Assembly (NCBI GenBank): GCA_034664395.1
Contig: JAXDHQ010000015.1
Coordinates: 705-64,704 of the forward strand
Reading direction: 5' to 3'
Source: Solirubrobacteraceae bacterium
Lineage (GTDB): Bacteria; Actinomycetota; Thermoleophilia; Solirubrobacterales; Solirubrobacteraceae
DNA length: 64,000 bases
Shown here piece by piece: positions 34,819 through 42,701 of the stretch (position 1 is its first letter; each line of letters starts with the position of its first letter). The notes under the pieces were generated by a model. That model saw only the letters and a program-made list of their open reading frames with translations, searched no databases and was not told the origin of the DNA. Made by a program: the position numbers and the translations under genes.

Positions 34819-36579
34819 GTGGCCGTCGCTCGCCTCACCGTCACCCAGCCTGGTCCCTCCCACGCCGCGCCCTCGAACCTCTCCGACGAGGTCGAGCTCT
34901 ACCAGCGCACGTACACGACCCTCCTGCGCTCCAGCGGCGAGACCCGCCTGCGCGTTCTGGAGTCGATGCACATGGCGATGGGGTCGTCGCTGCACCCGCT
35001 CGCCGACAGCGACGAGCTCGACCTGGGCGCCTTCATCTACGCCATCCGCCGCCTCCCGGACTCGATCGTCCGGACCACGGTCGTCGTCATGGGCCAGGAC
35101 GCGGCGGCGTTCACGCGCGCCGGCGTCGGCCCGCTGGAGGAGTGGGAGTCGGTCGAGGCGCCCGCGCGGCGCCGGCGCTGGTACGACGGCGGCGACGAGG
35201 TGCTCGCGGTCCTGCTCGCCTCGGAGTCCGACGTCGACGACCTCATCCCCACCCTGGTCGCCTTCCAGATCGAGTGGAACAAGATCCGCCGGCGCATGCG
35301 CGCCGCGGGCTGGCCGCCGGCCGAAGGGGTGACGCCGGAGGCGTGCGCGGCGGCCCTGGGCGGCTCGCCCGACGACTGGGCGCGGCTGGCCCAGGCGTGG
35401 GGCGACGCCTTCGAGGACCGCCTGGCGGTCATGGCCGAGCACGGCAAGTCGCTGCGCGTGCGGATGCTCGGCGGCACGCAGGTCGGCTACCAGCGCATGA
35501 CGCGGCGCTGGTGGTCGCCGGTGCGCGAGGCGCTCAACGAGCGCCGCGTGGGCGACGCGCCGCTGTACTTCGTCTCCTCGAACACCCACGCGCTCTCCAA
35601 CCTCGTGACCGGGCTGGCCCGCGAACGCGAGGACGAGCTCGTCGACTTCGTCGAGCGCGGCGACGACGAGGACCTCAAGGAGGAGCTGGCGCGCTTCCGC
35701 GACGGCCGCACCGAGGGCTCGTGGGAGAACTTCATGTACTTCGTCGCCCGCGACTTCTTCGACGCCGGCGGCCCGGAGCTGCGGCGCAAGCGCCACGAGG
35801 CCGAGGTCGCCGCCGGCGTCGAGCACCTGCGCTCGAAGACGGCGATGCGGGTCGCCGCCCAGGTCATCCCGCTTGCGCGGCTGGACCCCAAGCGCCTGGA
35901 CCCGCGGCTGGGCCCGGTCGACGCCGACCGCCTGCTGCGCAGCGAGGCCGCGATCGTCAACGTCGACTACCCCCTCGGCCTGGCCGCCTACAACCTGCTG
36001 CGCGAGGTCGCGATCGACTCGGCCGACCTGCGCGGGGTCTACGTCCTGGGCAAGGCCGCGACCCTCAACGCCGACGTCGGCGACGTGATGATCTCCTCGG
36101 TCATCCACGACGAGCACTCGGGCACGACGTACTGGCTCGACAACGCCTTCACCGTCAACGACATCGCGCCCGACCTCATGTTCGGCACGGGCCTGGACAA
36201 CCAGCGCGCGGTGACGGTCAAGAGCACCTTCCTGCAGAACCGCGCCTACCTGGACTTCTACTACCGCGAGGCGTTCACGGTCGTCGAGATGGAGGCCGGC
36301 CCGTACTGCAACGCGGTGTACGAGATCGCCGACGCCGAGCGCTACCCGGTCGGCGAGGCGGTCAACTTCTCCAAGCTGCCGATCGACTTCGGGATCATCC
36401 ACTACGCGTCCGACACGCCCTACACCCAGGCGCGCACCCTCGGCGCCCGCGGGCTGTCGTACTACGGAATGGACTCGACCTACGCCTCCTCGCTGGCGAT
36501 CCTGCGCCGCGTGCTGCGCCTCGAGGGCGCGCTGGGCGAGGAGGAGGGTCAGCCGGGTCCTGGCAATCCGGCCAGATAG
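34819..36579 (+). CDS. Uncharacterised 586-aa protein with C-terminal nucleoside phosphorylase / AMP-nucleosidase-like (PNP_UDP superfamily) domain
   Basis: GTG 34819 within ORF 33778..36579; the start is uncertain. The C-terminal ~230 aa, ..AIVNVDYPLGLAAYNLL..GVYVLGKAATLNADVGDVMISSVIHDE..AFTVVEMEAGPY.., matches the strand-Gly, GD and E-M-E signature order of PNP/UDP/MTAN/Amn enzymes. I do not recognise the N-terminal ~330 aa. Confidence 0.6.
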   Translation: MAVARLTVTQPGPSHAAPSNLSDEVELYQRTYTTLLRSSGETRLRVLESMHMAMGSSLHPLADSDELDLGAFIYAIRRLPDSIVRTTVVVMGQDAAAFTRAGVGPLEEWESVEAPARRRRWYDGGDEVLAVLLASESDVDDLIPTLVAFQIEWNKIRRRMRAAGWPPAEGVTPEACAAALGGSPDDWARLAQAWGDAFEDRLAVMAEHGKSLRVRMLGGTQVGYQRMTRRWWSPVREALNERRVGDAPLYFVSSNTHALSNLVTGLAREREDELVDFVERGDDEDLKEELARFRDGRTEGSWENFMYFVARDFFDAGGPELRRKRHEAEVAAGVEHLRSKTAMRVAAQVIPLARLDPKRLDPRLGPVDADRLLRSEAAIVNVDYPLGLAAYNLLREVAIDSADLRGVYVLGKAATLNADVGDVMISSVIHDEHSGTTYWLDNAFTVNDIAPDLMFGTGLDNQRAVTVKSTFLQNRAYLDFYYREAFTVVEMEAGPYCNAVYEIADAERYPVGEAVNFSKLPIDFGIIHYASDTPYTQARTLGARGLSYYGMDSTYASSLAILRRVLRLEGALGEEEGQPGPGNPAR

Positions 36580-37727
36580 CGGCGCAGGAGCGGGTCGCCG
36601 ATCGCCCAGTCGCCGCGCTGCTGGCCGCGCTCGACGACGCCGGCGTCGCGCAAGCGCTCGAGCGTGCGCGACGCCGTGCGGGGGTTGAGATCGGCGTAGA
36701 CGGGCGCGCCACGCGCGACCCGCTCGGCCATCCGCTGGGCGTGGCGGTTGATCGAGCGGATGCGGGCCAGGGTCTGCTCGTGCTTGAGGCGCTCGGCGCG
36801 CATGGCGCGCGCGAGCCCCGCCACCACGGCTGCGTCGTCGACGCGGCGACGCAGCTCCGCCACGGAGGCGGCGTGCGCGTGCTGAGCGACGAGCATCGTC
36901 GCGCGCGGATGACCCTCGCTCGCGCCCAGCACGCGGTCGAGGGCCGACTCGTCGATCGTGCAGCGGTCGAGCGCCAGCCGCGCCCGCAGGCCCTCGCGCC
37001 AGTCCTCGGCGGCGATCGGCTCGAGCTCGTGGAGGCCGCCGAACTGGCTCAGGGCGCGATCGGAGGGAGCGAAGAGGTCGCGCATCACGTGCTCGATCGA
37101 GCCCGCGAAGAGGACGCTGACGTGCGGCGATCGCTGGAGGACCGCGCGGATCTGGCGGGTGAGGACCCCGGGGTCGCCGTAGAGGCCGCTGGCGATCTCC
37201 TGGAACTCGTCGAGGAAGAGGACGAGGCGCCGATCGCCCGCGGCCGCGATGCGCTCGGCCAGCTCCCAGGCGATGGCGAGGGCGCGGCGCTCGTCGCCGC
37301 GCGCCGACACGGTCAGCGCGATCTCGAGATCGTCGCCTAGGTCCTGGCGGGCGCGGTAGGCGACTGTCGTGCTCAGCGCCTCGACGACGCGGCCCGCCCG
37401 CGCGGTCGCGGTCCCCAGCGCCCGCCGCAGCGCCGGGCGGTTGGCGAGCAGCCGCAGCGTGAGCGTCTCCGCCAGCTCGGCCGCGTCCGCGATGCGGAAG
37501 AGATCGACGGCGGCCGTGTAGCACCCCTCGCGCCGGCACACCGCGAGCGCGGCGTCGCAGACGCTCGTCTTGCCGGTCCGTCGCGGGCCCGCAACGACGA
37601 GGTTCGCGCCACCGGCCAGCGCCGAGGCCACCGCCTCGACGTCGTCGTCGCGCCCGATCATCGTCTCGGCGGCGATCGGCTCATCGGTCGGGAAGAGCTC
37701 GGCGCTCCCCGGACGCTTCTTGCTCAT
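36549..37727 (-). CDS. AAA-type ATPase with C-terminal winged-helix region (archaeal-ATPase/DUF234-like), function unknown
   Basis: 392 aa. Walker A GPRRTGKTS, Walker B LVLFLDEFQE, C-terminal ..ASRTLERLRDAGVVERG.. Its 3' end overlaps the convergent 586-aa gene by 31 nt. Confidence 0.75.
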   Translation of the reverse strand: MSKKRPGSAELFPTDEPIAAETMIGRDDDVEAVASALAGGANLVVAGPRRTGKTSVCDAALAVCRREGCYTAAVDLFRIADAAELAETLTLRLLANRPALRRALGTATARAGRVVEALSTTVAYRARQDLGDDLEIALTVSARGDERRALAIAWELAERIAAAGDRRLVLFLDEFQEIASGLYGDPGVLTRQIRAVLQRSPHVSVLFAGSIEHVMRDLFAPSDRALSQFGGLHELEPIAAEDWREGLRARLALDRCTIDESALDRVLGASEGHPRATMLVAQHAHAASVAELRRRVDDAAVVAGLARAMRAERLKHEQTLARIRSINRHAQRMAERVARGAPVYADLNPRTASRTLERLRDAGVVERGQQRGDWAIGDPLLRRYLAGLPGPG

Positions 37728-37728
37728 G

Positions 37729-37759
37729 GCGCAATACTATATTGCGCTATATGCAATAT
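37729..37759. promoter_or_regulatory. AT-rich overlapping palindromes built from three GCAATA units; probable leaderless promoter/operator of the ATPase gene
   Basis: GCGCAATA-cta-TATTGCGC (37729-37747) overlaps ATATTGC-gctatat-GCAATAT (37739-37759). On the minus strand TAGTAT lies 6 nt before ATG 37727. This is the only strongly AT-rich patch I saw in the window. It fills the 36-bp gap to the upstream gene's stop at 37764. Confidence 0.5.
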
Positions 37760-37763
37760 GGCA

Positions 37764-38591
37764 TCAGGCGCCGACCGGGTGCCAGGCCGTCTTCAGCTCG
37801 GTGACCGCCTCCAGGCGCGACAGGGCGTCGGCGGTCGCAGCCTCGTAGGTGGCGGCGGCCGGCGCGTGGCGGGCTCGCTTGACCGTCTCGGCGGCCAGGC
37901 GATCGAGCTCGGCGGCGAGCTCGTCGTCGCCGGCGGCGTCGACGATCGCGTTGAGGTCGCGGTGGGCGCCTAGCGCGGGCGCCAGCTCCGAGCGCCGCCC
38001 GCTCAGGACGTTCACCACGCCACCCGGCAGGTCGGAGACGCCGAGGACCTCGCCGAGGTCCAGGGCCGGCAGCGGCCAGCGCTCGGACACCACGGCGACG
38101 ACGGTGTTGCCGGCGGCCAGCGCCGGCGCGAGCTCGGCCATCAGGCCCAGCAGCGGCGGCTCGTCGGGCGCGACGACCCCGACGACGCCGGTCGGCTCGG
38201 GCAGCGAGAACGACAGGAACGGCGCCGCGACGGGGTTGACGCCGCCCAGGACGACGGGCAGCTTGTCGGTCCAGCCCGCGTAGTGGACGAGCACGTCCAC
38301 CGCGGCGGCCAGCTCGTCGGGACCGGCGAGCGCCTCGCCGCGCGACTCCAGCGCCTCGGCGGCGCGATAGAGGATCTGCCCGCGGTTGTACGCGGTCCGC
38401 GCGGCCCACGGGCCCGCGGCCTTGCGCGCCGCCGTCATCGCGTCGCGGACGTCCTTGCGCGAGGCGCGCGGGACGTTGGCCACGTGCTCGTCGTCGGCGC
38501 CCAGCGCACGGTCGTAGCGGCCGGACTCCGAGCGCACGAACGCCCCTCCCACGTAGAGCTTGTAGGTCTTGCGGACGCGCAGGCGGGTCAT
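37764..38591 (-). CDS. Truncated aldehyde-dehydrogenase-like protein (N-terminal/NAD-binding half only, no catalytic domain)
   Basis: ATG 38591 (ATGA overlap) within ORF 37764..39521, 275 aa. ALDH-like N-terminus ..YKLYVGGAFVRSESG..VPRASRKDVRDAMTAARKA.. The PWNFP and FTGS equivalents are degenerate (PDEPP, VDAAG). The protein ends before the ELGG and catalytic Cys region. Confidence 0.65.
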   Translation of the reverse strand: MTRLRVRKTYKLYVGGAFVRSESGRYDRALGADDEHVANVPRASRKDVRDAMTAARKAAGPWAARTAYNRGQILYRAAEALESRGEALAGPDELAAAVDVLVHYAGWTDKLPVVLGGVNPVAAPFLSFSLPEPTGVVGVVAPDEPPLLGLMAELAPALAAGNTVVAVVSERWPLPALDLGEVLGVSDLPGGVVNVLSGRRSELAPALGAHRDLNAIVDAAGDDELAAELDRLAAETVKRARHAPAAATYEAATADALSRLEAVTELKTAWHPVGA

Positions 38592-40048
38592 GAGACGCGC
38601 AGGTAGGGGCGCACGCCGGCGGCGCCGCCCTCGCGGCCGAAGCCCGATTCCTTGTAGCCGCCGAACGCGGCCGTCGGGTCGAACTTGTTGTACGTGTTCT
38701 GCCACACGACCCCGGCCTGCAGCGCCCGGGCGACCTCGAACGCCTTGGCGCCCTTGTCGGTCCACACGCCGGCGGCCAGGCCGTAGCGCGAGTTGTTGGC
38801 CTTCTCGATCGCCTCGGCCTGGGTGCGGAAGGTCAGCACCGAGACCACCGGGCCGAAGATCTCCTCGACGGCGATGCGGTGGGCGGGCGCGACGTCGGTG
38901 AACAGCGTCGGCGCGAACCAGTAGCCGCGCTCGGGCAGCTCGCAGGCGACGGTGCGCCGCACGGCGCCCTCCTCCTCGCCCGCCGCCACCAGCGCCTCGA
39001 TCCGCTGGAGCTGCTCGGCCGAGTTGACGGCGCCGACGTCGGTGTTCTTGTCCAGCGGGTCGCCGACGCGCAGCAGGCGCATGCGGTCCCACAGCTTGGC
39101 CACGACCTCGTCGGCCACCGACTCCTGGATGAGCAGCCGCGAGCCGGCGCAGCACACGTGGCCCTGGTTGAAGAAGATCCCCTGGACGATCCCCTCGACG
39201 GCCTGGTCGAGCGCGGCGTCCTCGAAGACGATGTTGGCCGACTTGCCGCCCAGCTCGAGCGTGAGCGCCACGCCGCGGCCGGCGAGCGCGGCCTGGATCT
39301 CCTTGCCCACCGCGGTCGAGCCGGTGAACGCCACCTTGTCGACCGGCGCGCGCACGAGCGCCGCGCCGGCGGCGCCGTCGCCCGGCACGATGTTGACCAC
39401 GCCCGCGGGGACCTCGGCCTCCTGGCAGATCTCGGCCAGCAGCAGCGCGGTGAGCGGCGTCGTCTCGGCCGGCTTGAGGACGGCGGCGTTGCCGCACGCC
39501 AGCGCCGGGGCGAGCTTCCACGCCGCCATCAGCAGCGGGAAGTTCCAGGGCACGACCTGGCCGACGACGCCGTGCGGCCGCGCGTCGCGCCCGTTGACGG
39601 CGTAGCGGAGCTTGTCGGCCCAGCCGGCGTAGTGGAAGAAGTGCGCCGCGGCGAGCGGGACGTCGACGTCGCGCGACTCGCGGATCGGCTTGCCGCCGTC
39701 CATCGACTCGACGACCGCCAGCTCGCGCGCGCGCTCCTGGATCAGGCGGGCGACGCGGAACAGGTACTTGGCCCGCTCGCGGCCGGGCAGGGCCGCCCAG
39801 GCGGGCTGGGCCGCGCGGGCGGCGTCGACGGCGGCGGCGACGTCGGCCGCTCCGGCGAACGCGACCTCGGCGATCGGCTCCTCGGTCGCCGGGTTGATCG
39901 TCGGGACGCGGCGGCCGTCGCGCGGGTCGACGAAGGCGCCGCCCACGAACAGCCCGTAGGCGTCGCGCAGGCGGACGTGGTCGGCGGACTCGGGCGCGGG
40001 CGCGTAGTCCCAGGTGAGCCGCGTGCGGGGCGTGTCGGTGGCGGCCAT
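38588..40048 (-). CDS. NAD(P)-dependent aldehyde dehydrogenase
   Basis: ATG 40048 within ORF 38588..41110, 486 aa: ..VVPWNFPLLMAAWKLAPALACGN.., ..FTGSTAVG.., ..LELGGKSANIVF.., ..NQGHVCCAGSRL.. Confidence 0.9.
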   Translation of the reverse strand: MAATDTPRTRLTWDYAPAPESADHVRLRDAYGLFVGGAFVDPRDGRRVPTINPATEEPIAEVAFAGAADVAAAVDAARAAQPAWAALPGRERAKYLFRVARLIQERARELAVVESMDGGKPIRESRDVDVPLAAAHFFHYAGWADKLRYAVNGRDARPHGVVGQVVPWNFPLLMAAWKLAPALACGNAAVLKPAETTPLTALLLAEICQEAEVPAGVVNIVPGDGAAGAALVRAPVDKVAFTGSTAVGKEIQAALAGRGVALTLELGGKSANIVFEDAALDQAVEGIVQGIFFNQGHVCCAGSRLLIQESVADEVVAKLWDRMRLLRVGDPLDKNTDVGAVNSAEQLQRIEALVAAGEEEGAVRRTVACELPERGYWFAPTLFTDVAPAHRIAVEEIFGPVVSVLTFRTQAEAIEKANNSRYGLAAGVWTDKGAKAFEVARALQAGVVWQNTYNKFDPTAAFGGYKESGFGREGGAAGVRPYLRVS

Positions 40049-40053
40049 CGCGC

Positions 40054-40941
40054 CTACTCCTTCGAGAAGTCCTCGGAGCGGCCGTAGCGGCCGTCCCGGA
40101 GCTTGGCGTACTGCATCAGCAGGTCGTTGAGCAGCGACGACGCGCCGATGCGGAAGCGGTCGGGCGTCAGCCACTCGTCGCCCAGCGTCTCCTTGACCAG
40201 CACGAGCCGGTGCAGCGCCGCCTTCGAGGTCGAGACGCCGCCGGCGGCCTTCATCCCCACCGGGCGCCCGGTCCGCTGCACGTAGTCGCGGATCGCCTCG
40301 AGCATGACGAGCGTGACGCCGGGCGTGGCGCCGCTGGCGGCCTTGCCGGTCGAGGTCTTGACGAAGTCGGCGCCGGCCTCCATCGCCAGCATCGAGGCGT
40401 GGCGCACGTGGTCGTAGGAGCCCAGCTCGGCCGTCTCGATGATGACCTTCAGGTGGGCGTCCCCGCAGGCCTCCTTGATGCGGACGATCTCCTCCATGAC
40501 GCGCGCGTCGTCGCCCGTTAGGAACGCCTCGCGCGAGATGACCATGTCGATCTCGTCGGCGCCGGCGGCGACGGTCTCCTCGGTCTCGGCGAGCTTGATC
40601 GCCAGCGACGTCTGGCCGGCCGGGAAGCCGGTCGAGACGGCGGCGGTGCGCACGCCGGTCCCGGCGAGGGCGGCGTGGACCGTGGGCACGAGCGCCGGGT
40701 AGACGCAGACGGCCGCGACGCTCGGGATCTCCGGCATCGTCGGCGCCGGGCAGACGGCCTTGGCCGAGAGCTGGCGCACCTTGCCCGCGGTGTCCTGGCC
40801 CTCGAGCGTGGTGAGGTCGACCATCGACACGGCCAGGCGGATCCCCTGGGCCTTGGCGGTCGTCTTGATCGAGCGCTTGCCCAGCCAGGCGGCGCGCTCC
40901 TCGATCCCGACGCGATCGACGTGGGGCAGGCGGCGGAGCAT
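40054..40941 (-). CDS. deoC: Deoxyribose-phosphate aldolase, long (DERA-like) form
   Basis: 295 aa: ..MVDLTTLEGQDT.., ..AAVCVYPALV.., ..STGFPAGQT.., ..ADFVKTSTGK.. (Schiff-base Lys), ..LGDEWLTPDRFRIGASSLL.. Confidence 0.9.
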   Translation of the reverse strand: MLRRLPHVDRVGIEERAAWLGKRSIKTTAKAQGIRLAVSMVDLTTLEGQDTAGKVRQLSAKAVCPAPTMPEIPSVAAVCVYPALVPTVHAALAGTGVRTAAVSTGFPAGQTSLAIKLAETEETVAAGADEIDMVISREAFLTGDDARVMEEIVRIKEACGDAHLKVIIETAELGSYDHVRHASMLAMEAGADFVKTSTGKAASGATPGVTLVMLEAIRDYVQRTGRPVGMKAAGGVSTSKAALHRLVLVKETLGDEWLTPDRFRIGASSLLNDLLMQYAKLRDGRYGRSEDFSKE

Positions 40942-40959
40942 CGCCGCCTAGTGTGACTG

Positions 40960-41370
40960 ATCGGCGCGGGCCCGACGCGGCGCGCAACGCGGCGCCCGAT
41001 CGCGCACGTCGGCGGCCCTGCGCGGCGAGGGCATCGAGGGGAAGCGGAGTCTGTGGCGCTGCGGGGCGCGGGCGGTCGTCCTCCGGGGGCGCGGGGGGTG
41101 TGGTCTGCAACGGCGAGCACCATGACCGTCACGACTCCGCGCAGGCTCTGCGTGCCCTTCGCGCCGTGGGCACGCGGCGGGCGCGGGCGCTGGAGGGGTG
41201 GGCTCTTTTTCTTTCGCTATGCGAAACAAGGAGAGCCCACCCCCCGGCGAGCCCGGCCATTCGCGACGGAAGACGCCCAGAGCGTCACGACACTCCGCGA
41301 CTCTGCTTCCCCTCGGTGCCCTGCGCCACGAAGACGAACACTGGGGCGAAGCCGTGAGGCGGATCGGGTG
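40960..41370 (+). repeat. Dispersed intergenic multi-block repeat, copy B (boundaries approximate)
   Basis: It fills the 464-bp deoC/acyl-CoA dehydrogenase gap. It shares GCGCGGCGAGG(G)CA(T/C)CGAGGG(G)AAGCG, the CGTCACGACTC.GCGCAG.CTCTGC box, a hairpin, GCGACGGAAGAC and a diverged core (41283-41335) with copies A and C. Confidence 0.75.
41195..41243. repeat. 12-bp perfect inverted repeat with nested inner stem (hairpin) inside repeat copy B
   Basis: GGGGTGGGCTCT (41195-41206) pairs with AGAGCCCACCCC (41232-41243). Inner stem TTTCGC-tat-GCGAAA (41212-41226). The T-run CTCTTTTTCTTTC follows the 5' arm. Confidence 0.85.
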
Positions 41371-41405
41371 ACCCGGCCCCACCCGACCACCGACGCATCG
41401 CCGAG

Positions 41406-42617
41406 CTAGATCTTGTTGCGCTGCAGCAGCTTCTTGCCGATGACCATGCGCTGGATCTCGGAGGTCCCCTCCCCGATCAGCAGCAGCGGCGCATCGCGGT
41501 ACAGGCGCTCGATCTCGTACTCCTTGGAGTAGCCGTAGCCGCCGTGGATGCGCAGACACTCCTCGACGCAGAAGCGCCCCGCCTCCGACGCGAAGAGCTT
41601 GGCCATGCCGGCCTCGAGGTCCGAGCGCTCGCCGGCGTCCTTCAGCCGCGCCGCGCGCAGCGTCAGCAGGCGGGCGGCCTCGACCTGGGTCGCCATGTCG
41701 GCGAGCTTGAACTGGATCGCCTGGTGCTCGGCGATCGGCTTGCCGAACGCCTTGCGCTCCTGCGAGTAGCGCAGCGCCAGCTCGAGCGCGCGCTGGGCGA
41801 TGCCGACGCCACGGGCGGCGACGTTGACGCGGCCGACCTCGAGCGCGTCCATCATCTGCCCGAAGCCCTTGTTGAGCCCGGCGTCCTCGCCACCGAGGAC
41901 GTTCTCGGCCGGGCAGCGGTAGCCGTCGAAGACGAGCTCGGTCGACTCGACGCCCTTGTAGCCGAGCTTCTTGATCTTGGGGGGAACGACCAAGCCGGCG
42001 TACTCGCCGGTGTTCTCGCTCACGCCCGGCTCCTTCTCCGCGATGAAGCACGTCATCCCGCGGTGGCGGGGGTCGGCCTCCGGATCGGTCTTGACGAGGA
42101 CGAAGACGAGGCTCGAGAGCAGGCCGTTGGTCACCCACATCTTCTGGCCGTTGATCTCCCAGGCGCCGTCGTCGAGCTTCTTGCCCGAGGTCTTGATCGC
42201 CTGGACGTCGGAGCCGAGCTCGGGCTCGGACAGGCTGAACGCCGCCCGGATCTCGCCCGTCGCCATCCGCGGCAGGTACTTCTGCTTCTGCTCCTCGGTC
42301 CCGTACTTCATGAGCAGGTAGGACCCGATGAAGTGCGTGTTGACGATGCCCGAGATCGAGATCCACCCGCGCGAGAGCTCCTCGACGATCATCGCGTAGG
42401 TGGTGAGGTCGAGCCCCATCCCCCCGTGCTCCTCGGGGATCGTGACGCCGAAGAGGCCGAGCTCCTTCATCTGCTCGACGATCGGCCCGGGGAACTCGTC
42501 GACCGCGTCGTAGTGCTCGGCGTTGGGCAGGATCTGCTCGTCCGCGAACTGCCGGACCATCTCGCAGATCGCCTTCTGCTCATCGGTCTTCTCGGTGAAG
42601 GGAGTCTCCACGGCCAT
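41406..42617 (-). CDS. Acyl-CoA dehydrogenase
   Basis: ATG 42617 is preceded by AGGAGACG, within ORF 41406..43070, 403 aa: ..GLFGVTIPEEHGGMG.., ..FSLSEPELGSD.., ..IHGGYGYSKEYEIERLYRDA.. Confidence 0.9.
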   Translation of the reverse strand: MAVETPFTEKTDEQKAICEMVRQFADEQILPNAEHYDAVDEFPGPIVEQMKELGLFGVTIPEEHGGMGLDLTTYAMIVEELSRGWISISGIVNTHFIGSYLLMKYGTEEQKQKYLPRMATGEIRAAFSLSEPELGSDVQAIKTSGKKLDDGAWEINGQKMWVTNGLLSSLVFVLVKTDPEADPRHRGMTCFIAEKEPGVSENTGEYAGLVVPPKIKKLGYKGVESTELVFDGYRCPAENVLGGEDAGLNKGFGQMMDALEVGRVNVAARGVGIAQRALELALRYSQERKAFGKPIAEHQAIQFKLADMATQVEAARLLTLRAARLKDAGERSDLEAGMAKLFASEAGRFCVEECLRIHGGYGYSKEYEIERLYRDAPLLLIGEGTSEIQRMVIGKKLLQRNKI

Positions 42618-42701
42618 CGTCGTCTCCTGCTGGTCGAGGTGGGCGCAGGATACCGGCGGGCGCTGGCTGACCGACCAGTCGATACGCTCGCGCCCGGCAC
42701 C

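Noticed and set aside
28680-37727. Adenosine deaminase plus an AAA ATPase (and a PNP-like protein) in one neighbourhood. Could this be a RADAR/Detocs-like anti-phage module?
   Set aside because: The deaminase is a standard 329-aa metabolic Add inside a conserved cdd-deoA-add block, 7 kb from the ATPase. The ATPase is far smaller than RdrA-type proteins. No receiver or kinase domains accompany the PNP-like protein. The context is uniformly nucleoside catabolism.
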